Shown: in pieces, positions 35,857 through 41,194 of the stretch
Layout: the number at the start of each line of letters is the position of its first letter
Position numbering within the stretch: position 1 is the stretch's first letter
Assembly: GCA_044451425.1 (NCBI GenBank)
Contig: JBIOKC010000002.1
Span: forward strand, 1 to 41,194
DNA: 41,194 bases
Origin: Thermodesulfobacteriota bacterium
Lineage (GTDB): Bacteria; Desulfobacterota_D; UBA1144; Nemesobacterales; UBA2774
Reading direction: 5' to 3'
Position numbers and translations under genes: made by a program
Notes under the pieces: model-generated
The model's database searches: none
Told to the model about the DNA's origin: nothing
The model's input: only the letters and a program-made list of their open reading frames with translations

Positions 35857-37614
35857 ATGAACAGAGATATTGATAACGTCAGGAATGTGAGTATGAAGCT
35901 TCATGAAGAAGAGGTGGAGCGTTACAGGGCGCTTCTTGATTATAACATTTTGGATACCGGGTCTGAAGAATGTTTTGATGAGCTCGCGAGACTCGCTGCG
36001 TACATCTGCAAGACCCCTGTCGCATTGATATCATTCGTTGACGAAAACAGAGAATGGTTGAAGTCTGTAATCGGCATCGACACCGATCTGAAAGAAGTTA
36101 CGCGCGATAAGTCTTTCGGCACCTATGTTATAAATCACCCGGACGAAATGCTTGCAATCACGAATCCTCTCGAGGACGAAAGGACGAAGCTGAACCCCTT
36201 CCTTAATTCGCACCCCGAAATCAAATTCATCGCCGGAGTACCTATTACAGACCGGAACGAATACAGGATAGGTTCTATTTGTGTTTTGAGCTACCAGCCG
36301 AAGGACCTCAGCTTCGAACAGATTTCCCTTCTAAAGACAGTCGCACGAAAGGTGATACTGGAGCTTGAGCAAAGGCGCGGTATTTCGGATGATGCCGAGC
36401 AGGTGCTGGAATTTAAAATGGACGAGGAGAAAACACACGCTGAGAACGGAATGGCCAAGGGGAGCGATTCTAAGGTTAGCGATAGTATGGAGGTCGATGA
36501 AGCAGATTTGAGTGAGACGGTGCTTGCCGACATAGAGATAAAGGACATCAATGACGATGAAGAAAATCCATCCGCAATACGAAAAGATTTACGCGACATG
36601 ATTAGTCACCTCGAAAGGCAAAACAGGAAGCTCATCCTGCTTTGTGAGATGGACGAGTTGCTTCAGGCCTCCCACGATGAAGAGGAGGTATATACGATAG
36701 TCACTAATTACGGTAATAAGTTATTCCCGGGGGAATCGGGAGCGCTCTTCATTTATAATGATATCCTGAACATACTCGAAAGCGTCTCGTCCTGGGGTGA
36801 GAAGATAAACGGCGAGCAGGAATTCCTTCCCGACAGATGCTGGGCACTCAGGCTTGGAAGGCTTCACTCGGCTTACAACTCGCCTACGGAGCTCTATTGT
36901 CAGCACTTAAACGAAGCGGAGAAAACCAATTATTTCTGTGCTCCTATGTTGGCGAGGGGAAAGACACTCGGTCTGCTCAATCTCCAGAACGGCTCTGACC
37001 TCTTCGAGGGCGCAGACGCACAACAAGAAAATAACTATAACCGCCATATTGTTTCCACCATGGCAAAGCTGGCGGCGCTCGCTTTGGGAAATATCAGACA
37101 ACACGCGGCCCTTCAGAACTATGCGATCTACGACTCTCTGACCGGTCTGTTCAACAGGCGCTATATGGAAGAGACGCTAAAGAGGGAAATCAGTAGGGTT
37201 GCTCGTAATAAGGAGCCTCTCGGCCTCATCATGATCGATATAGACCACTTTAAACGCTTTAACGATTCATACGGCCACGCTGCGGGCGACATGCAGCTCC
37301 GGAGCATAGGAGATTTTTTTAAAGACCGTATCAGGCGGGAAGACATCGCTTGCCGTTACGGGGGAGAGGAATTCGTCCTTATACTCCCGGGTTCGTCCCT
37401 CGAGAATACTTGCAGGAGGGCCGAGCAGCTTCACGAAGAAATAAAACTAGTACGGGTGCGCCACCGCGGGAGCTTCATAAGCTCAGTGGAGGTATCGATG
37501 GGTGTGGTCGTTTTTTCAGAGCACGGCACTTCCCCCGAGCTTCTGCTTGAATCGGCGGACAGGGCGCTTTATAAAGCAAAGGCCCAGGGTAGAAACCGTA
37601 TCGTCGTCGCCTAG
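35857..37614 (+). CDS. GAF-GAF-GGDEF diguanylate cyclase
   Basis: 585 aa. Two GAF-like regions are separated by an acidic linker. The GGDEF domain carries an intact active site RYGGEEF and an RxxD I-site (RRED) five residues upstream. Confidence 0.9.
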   Translation: MNRDIDNVRNVSMKLHEEEVERYRALLDYNILDTGSEECFDELARLAAYICKTPVALISFVDENREWLKSVIGIDTDLKEVTRDKSFGTYVINHPDEMLAITNPLEDERTKLNPFLNSHPEIKFIAGVPITDRNEYRIGSICVLSYQPKDLSFEQISLLKTVARKVILELEQRRGISDDAEQVLEFKMDEEKTHAENGMAKGSDSKVSDSMEVDEADLSETVLADIEIKDINDDEENPSAIRKDLRDMISHLERQNRKLILLCEMDELLQASHDEEEVYTIVTNYGNKLFPGESGALFIYNDILNILESVSSWGEKINGEQEFLPDRCWALRLGRLHSAYNSPTELYCQHLNEAEKTNYFCAPMLARGKTLGLLNLQNGSDLFEGADAQQENNYNRHIVSTMAKLAALALGNIRQHAALQNYAIYDSLTGLFNRRYMEETLKREISRVARNKEPLGLIMIDIDHFKRFNDSYGHAAGDMQLRSIGDFFKDRIRREDIACRYGGEEFVLILPGSSLENTCRRAEQLHEEIKLVRVRHRGSFISSVEVSMGVVVFSEHGTSPELLLESADRALYKAKAQGRNRIVVA

Positions 37615-37652
37615 ACAGCTTGGCGTAACTCTCGTTAAAAACACCGCTACAT

Positions 37653-38072
37653 TTATTGATCAGGGCTCTTGCCGAAGGCTGTCAGATCCTCCGCGCTTTC
37701 GAAGTAGTAAACCTTACCGTCGGGTGCGGCTCCGATTACGGCGCTGGATTTATCCACCAGATTGCCGCTTACGGGGTCTATCGCCAGACGGCTTGCCGGG
37801 TCCTCTTTCAGCTTTGCCTCGCAAATGTGGCAGCATCCATAGTATTGCTTTCCGTTTATCGTCACCGGCAGCTGTTCCCTATTGCTGACGGTGTCGGTAA
37901 GCATACATACATTTTTGGGTTCTACCCGGGTGAAGGCGGGCCGGGCGCGGGCTTGCGAGGTTTGGCCTCCGGTGTTCTCCGCCATTGAGTAGTTGAGGAA
38001 GAGTGCGGGAGCCGCGATTAAGACGAGACCCTGGATCATTAAAGGGCCAATTCTGATTTTCGTGTTATTCAT
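37653..38072 (-). CDS. Periplasmic YHS/TRASH-like putative metal-binding protein, paralogue 1
   Basis: 139 aa with a signal peptide. C-x24-CC-x2-C module (NVCMLTD...YYGCCHICEAKL) followed by a Cys-less YHS-like half (DPVSGNLVDK...GKVYYFESAEDLTAF). My hand alignment gives 52 of about 83 residues (roughly 63 percent) identical to the protein at 40006..40434. Confidence 0.75.
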   Translation of the reverse strand: MNNTKIRIGPLMIQGLVLIAAPALFLNYSMAENTGGQTSQARARPAFTRVEPKNVCMLTDTVSNREQLPVTINGKQYYGCCHICEAKLKEDPASRLAIDPVSGNLVDKSSAVIGAAPDGKVYYFESAEDLTAFGKSPDQ

Positions 38073-38109
38073 TAAAGAACCCTCTTCTGGATGAAAGACC
38101 CACAGGCGA

Positions 38110-38127
38110 ATTATAAATGATCCCCGG
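38110..38127 (-). promoter_or_regulatory. Conserved 18-nt motif, copy 1 (minus strand CCGGGGATCATTTATAAT). Candidate -10 box plus operator.
   Basis: 17/18 identical to 38870-38887. Its TATAAT lies about 38 nt upstream of the ATG at 38072. Confidence 0.4.
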
Positions 38128-38135
38128 TTTATCTT

Positions 38136-38678
38136 CTATTCATGGTCTTCATCATGGTGGTCGTGACTGTGCGGATTTTTCTCCGCCTCTTTTCTCATCA
38201 GCTTATACTGCTCGGGGGATAGTTGGGGCAGCCTCTTGATGAACGCCACCATCCCCCAGATATCTTCATCCGAGTGAGTGGAACCCGATTCCGGCATCCC
38301 CGTCATTTTTATTCCGTTCTTGATAACCCAGAAAATCTCAGCCGGTTTCAGTAACTCGACCACTTTGGCCAAATCAGGCGGGGCAGGGTTAAACACTTTT
38401 GCCCCTTCTATGCCTGGCCCCCCGTGGCATCCGACGCACATATTGTCGTAATGCTCGAATCCCTCCTTTACTTGTCCCGTATCGTTGAGCGGAGGCTCCT
38501 TTATGCCCTCCGCATGTTTCCTTATCGAGCTTATTTTCGCGGTCTTGAATATCCACGTTACGAACCCACTGTGGGGTACAGTGGCTGCTATATTATAAGT
38601 TCCTGAGAAAATATAGATGACAGCCGCTAACGTAAAAAAGCATATTAGGATAAAAATGGCCCTAATCATGTTTGTCAT
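38136..38678 (-). CDS. Membrane-anchored mono-heme c-type cytochrome with a His/Asp-rich C-terminal tail
   Basis: 180 aa. N-terminal TM, a single CxxCH motif (MCVGCHGG), IFWVIKNGIKMTGMPE with a likely Met axial ligand, and the tail NPHSHDHHDEDHE. Confidence 0.85.
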   Translation of the reverse strand: MTNMIRAIFILICFFTLAAVIYIFSGTYNIAATVPHSGFVTWIFKTAKISSIRKHAEGIKEPPLNDTGQVKEGFEHYDNMCVGCHGGPGIEGAKVFNPAPPDLAKVVELLKPAEIFWVIKNGIKMTGMPESGSTHSDEDIWGMVAFIKRLPQLSPEQYKLMRKEAEKNPHSHDHHDEDHE

Positions 38679-38869
38679 TCTCCTCCCTTACAGCATGCGC
38701 TTGGGTTCGGGAGCACTAAATTTCGGAAAGCGAGCTCTTACCAGAATTTTATTATTTTACCCCATTTGCGTGGATTAGCTATACTCGGTACTCGGCTCTT
38801 TCCGGTAAGGGTTAATTGAGCGTTCTCCGATATGTATCGTCATTTTATACTCACTTGATATGAAGAACG

Positions 38870-38887
38870 ATTATAAATCATCCCCGG
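38870..38887 (-). promoter_or_regulatory. Conserved 18-nt motif, copy 2 (minus strand CCGGGGATGATTTATAAT)
   Basis: 17/18 identical to 38110-38127. It lies about 190 nt upstream of the cytochrome c start. Part of it forms the 3-prime arm of the adjacent hairpin. Confidence 0.4.
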
Positions 38888-38921
38888 GAATTGGGAACGG
38901 CAATTAGCTCAATCCCGGGGA
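38881..38921 (-). terminator. GC-rich hairpin downstream of the 125-aa gene; a candidate intrinsic terminator
   Basis: TCCCCGGGA (38881-38889) is complementary to TCCCGGGGA (38913-38921), giving a stem of about 9-11 bp and a loop of about 20 nt. On the minus strand it is followed by TGATTTATAAT. Confidence 0.45.
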
Positions 38922-38931
38922 AGATCTCCCA

Positions 38932-39309
38932 TTACTGTGGCTTTTGGGAATTATGGCTCTGCATCTGCTGAGCCATCTTTTTGTGCTCTGCCGCCATAGC
39001 TTTATACTGCGCGGCTGCTGCCTTTGAATCCTTTACCAGCTTCTCGCAGTGGTTGGTCATACCGGGCATCTTGCCTCTTTGCGCGTAAGCTGAAGCCATT
39101 GATTCGTGAAGGGCAGCATTCTTTTCCATCATAGCTGCCTGGTCTTCGTAGTACTGGGCTATCTTCATATGGTCTTCAGGCGTACTCGCTGTTTCTATCA
39201 TCTTGGAGATGTCCGTATTCTCTTCGGCTCTTGATATGGTTCCTCTATTTAGATAAGAAACCATAAGAGCTATCACGATAGCTGCTAAGAGTAGCGTAGA
39301 CTTTTTCAT
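38932..39309 (-). CDS. Hypothetical periplasmic helical protein (His/Met/Ala/Lys-rich)
   Basis: 125 aa. GGGGGTGA RBS and a signal peptide (MKKSTLLLAAIVIALMV). Repeating H..MA..Y..A heptad-like pattern. I recognise no family. Confidence 0.7.
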   Translation of the reverse strand: MKKSTLLLAAIVIALMVSYLNRGTISRAEENTDISKMIETASTPEDHMKIAQYYEDQAAMMEKNAALHESMASAYAQRGKMPGMTNHCEKLVKDSKAAAAQYKAMAAEHKKMAQQMQSHNSQKPQ

Positions 39310-39398
39310 TTATATCACCCCCTTTTTTTATGACATGTTTATACACGGTCTTGATTCCGATTGTATGCTAAATGCTCGCCGATGAAAATGTCTTCTTT

Positions 39399-39941
39399 CT
39401 ACTGCGTCTGTTTATTCTGTATCATCTGTCCGTTCTGCATCATCCCGCTCTTCATCCTCCAGTCCGCAGGCATCGGCATACATTGTTTAAAGTTTTCCGG
39501 ACCTACGGTTTTCCTTATGGTCGTAAGTGCGTCGACCAACATGTCCGCCATCTCTATATTAAGTTGATTCGATGTCTTAATTGCCGACTTTAACATTGAC
39601 GGGTCGAATCCGGGGTCGTGAAGCATATCCATCATCTTCAAATGTGAGATACTGAAATCGGCTTCTTTCCGCACTATCGGATAAAGGTATTTCTCATTTA
39701 CATCCGAAAGTTCTTTTTTTTGTGCCTGGGTCAGATTAAGTGTGTTTGCCTTCATCAGGGCATAGTGCACCATCATGCTGTACATCATCGAGCCGCCCAT
39801 CATATGGCTCCCCATTCCCGTCATATCGCCTTGTGACATCATACCTTGTTTCGGCTCGCTCGTTTGTTGACCCATTACCTGGACCGTCGCAAGGCTCGTA
39901 AGGCACATTAAAATAAGTACTGAAGCGAATAATCTCTTCAT
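39399..39941 (-). CDS. Met-rich periplasmic LTXXQ (Spy/CpxP/heavy-metal-sensor-like) protein
   Basis: 180 aa. GGAGGT RBS and a signal peptide. Met clusters (GMMSQGDMTGMGSHMMGGSMMYSMM at the N-terminus, CMPMPADWRMKSGMMQNGQM at the C-terminus) flank a helical core containing LTQAQKKEL. Confidence 0.8.
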   Translation of the reverse strand: MKRLFASVLILMCLTSLATVQVMGQQTSEPKQGMMSQGDMTGMGSHMMGGSMMYSMMVHYALMKANTLNLTQAQKKELSDVNEKYLYPIVRKEADFSISHLKMMDMLHDPGFDPSMLKSAIKTSNQLNIEMADMLVDALTTIRKTVGPENFKQCMPMPADWRMKSGMMQNGQMIQNKQTQ

Positions 39942-40005
39942 GTCTAATACCTCCGTTCTTGATGTTTTTTACTGCCTATTCTTTTTATATCGGTATTAGT
40001 TTCTC

Positions 40006-40434
40006 TTACCGATATTTTGAGTTCGAATTACCGTTGAAGGCTTTAAGGTTTTCTTCGCTCTCGAAGTAATAAACCGTCCCGTCGGGTGCCGCTCCGATTA
40101 TTGCCGTAGCTTTATCCACCTCGCTGCCGCTTACGGGATCGACGGCCGTGCGGCTCCCAGGGTCCGATTTCAGCCTGGCTTCGCACATCTGGCAGCATCC
40201 GTAATATGTCTTGCCGTCCACTTTAACGGGGATTTGCTCTTTATTAAACGATTGGTTGTTAATCATGCAGACATACCTCGGATCTATCTGAGTTAGCTGA
40301 GCGTGAGACTCTTTTTCAGCGGCATACTGGCCCGAATCAGCGGCATACGCACGCTCCAAGTCAAGCGTCGACACGACGATCAAAAGAATTCCTAATATCC
40401 TGATAGCATTTACTGTAAAAGTTTTGGTCTTCAT
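40006..40434 (-). CDS. Periplasmic YHS/TRASH-like putative metal-binding protein, paralogue 2
   Basis: 142 aa. AAGGAGGG RBS and a signal peptide. YVCMINN...YYGCCQMCEARL followed by DPVSGSEVDK...GTVYYFESEENLKAF. Confidence 0.75.
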   Translation of the reverse strand: MKTKTFTVNAIRILGILLIVVSTLDLERAYAADSGQYAAEKESHAQLTQIDPRYVCMINNQSFNKEQIPVKVDGKTYYGCCQMCEARLKSDPGSRTAVDPVSGSEVDKATAIIGAAPDGTVYYFESEENLKAFNGNSNSKYR

Positions 40435-40502
40435 CGAAGAACCCTCCTTAGATCTGTTTTAGTTATTTGTACTTGCGATCTTTAATTTCATTTTCTAATT
40501 GT

Positions 40503-41194
40503 TCATTTCTCATAATCCATTTGCTCGCCCGGCCTTCCCGATACACTGCGTCCTTTCCATATTGCATATATCGCGGGAATAATTACGAGCGTGAGTATCG
40601 TTGAGGTTACGAGTCCCCCCACCATCGGAGCAGCAATCCTCTTGATCATGTCCGCCCCCGTGCCGACGCTCCACATAAGGGGAAGGAGACCCAGGGTCAT
40701 TGTCGCAACAGTCATCATCTTGGGCCTCACCCTCTGTACCGCCCCTTCGGTTATAGCGGCGTACAGATCATTCTCCGTATTCATCTCGCCTCTCTTCATC
40801 TTCCCTTCATAAGCCTCGTCTAGATAAATTATCATTATGACCCCGGTGGCGGCGGCGAGCCCCGCAAGCGCTATGATTCCTACCCAGACCGCTATGCTCA
40901 TATTATATCCAAGCAGATAAAGGAGCCATATGCTCCCTACGAGCGAGAACGGGACCGAGAAAAGTACAATAAACACTTCCGTAACCGATTGAAAATTCAG
41001 ATAGAGGAGTAGGAATATGATGAATAGTGTAAGAGGCAGTATGTACTTTAGTCTTTCTTTGACTCTAAGCAGGTATTGATACTGACCCGCCCATTCGAGG
41101 TAATAGCCCGACGGCAGTTTTACTTCATCCTGAATTATTTTTTTCGCATTCTTCACGTAACCCTCGTAGTCCTTTCCTTCAACGTCGACAAAAA
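40503..41194 (-). CDS. cusA: CusA/CzcA-family heavy-metal efflux RND permease. Only the C-terminal ~230 codons are present; the gene runs off the window end.
   Basis: The frame stays open to the window edge (FVDVEGKDYEGYVKNAKKIIQDEVKLPSGYYLEWAGQYQYL...). The C-terminal TM bundle ends IAAPMVGGLVTSTILTLVIIPAIYAIW, typical of the HME-RND family. Confidence 0.85.
   Translation of the reverse strand, partial: FVDVEGKDYEGYVKNAKKIIQDEVKLPSGYYLEWAGQYQYLLRVKERLKYILPLTLFIIFLLLYLNFQSVTEVFIVLFSVPFSLVGSIWLLYLLGYNMSIAVWVGIIALAGLAAATGVIMIIYLDEAYEGKMKRGEMNTENDLYAAITEGAVQRVRPKMMTVATMTLGLLPLMWSVGTGADMIKRIAAPMVGGLVTSTILTLVIIPAIYAIWKGRSVSGRPGEQMDYEK

Noticed and set aside
1-41194. CRISPR arrays, rRNA or tRNA genes, IS elements, integrases, reverse transcriptases and toxin-antitoxin pairs.
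   Set aside because: I saw no regularly spaced direct repeats, no tRNA cloverleaf candidates (GTTCGAATC-type T-loops with stems), and no ORFs with the corresponding catalytic motifs on either strand. The scan was by eye only.

Overview
This is a bacterial chromosomal window of about 45 genes, mostly conserved housekeeping loci. They include hemW, topA, ispG, mutL-gmhA, yacG, efp and a complete rimP-nusA-infB-DUF503-rbfA-nrnA-truB-rpsO-pnp block followed by miaA. Both edges carry envelope efflux genes: tolC/macA-like on the left and a cusA-like heavy-metal RND pump on the right. I recognised no rRNA, tRNA, CRISPR array, transposase, integrase or reverse transcriptase. I could not support a clear-cut novel multi-gene system (defence, CRISPR-like or retroelement) from sequence alone. 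The best candidates for follow-up are below.

1. **Decayed segment, 4.9-9.3 kb.** dprA carries a nonsense codon and a frameshift. A UDP-glucose dehydrogenase gene keeps one frame but has four in-frame TAA codons, all where homologues appear to have Tyr. These lie around two orphan LuxR-type regulators with degenerate receiver domains, in what looks like an insertion between dprA and topA.
2. **Periplasmic metal-handling cluster, 37.6-41.2 kb.** It combines the cusA-like pump, two paralogous Cys-containing YHS/TRASH-like proteins, a Met-rich LTXXQ protein, a His-tailed c-type cytochrome and an uncharacterised helical protein. An 18-nt motif occurs twice in this cluster.
3. **A 480-aa envelope protein** with three copies of a roughly 95-aa domain I cannot name.
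4. **An EF-P** whose modification-loop tip is Gln rather than Lys or Arg.
5. **Short dispersed palindromic repeats** in three long intergenic regions, including a 0.84-kb non-coding stretch.
6. **A 168-nt tandem duplication** inside the topA zinc-ribbon tail.

All alignments, identity counts and base-composition remarks were done by eye. No database search was run.
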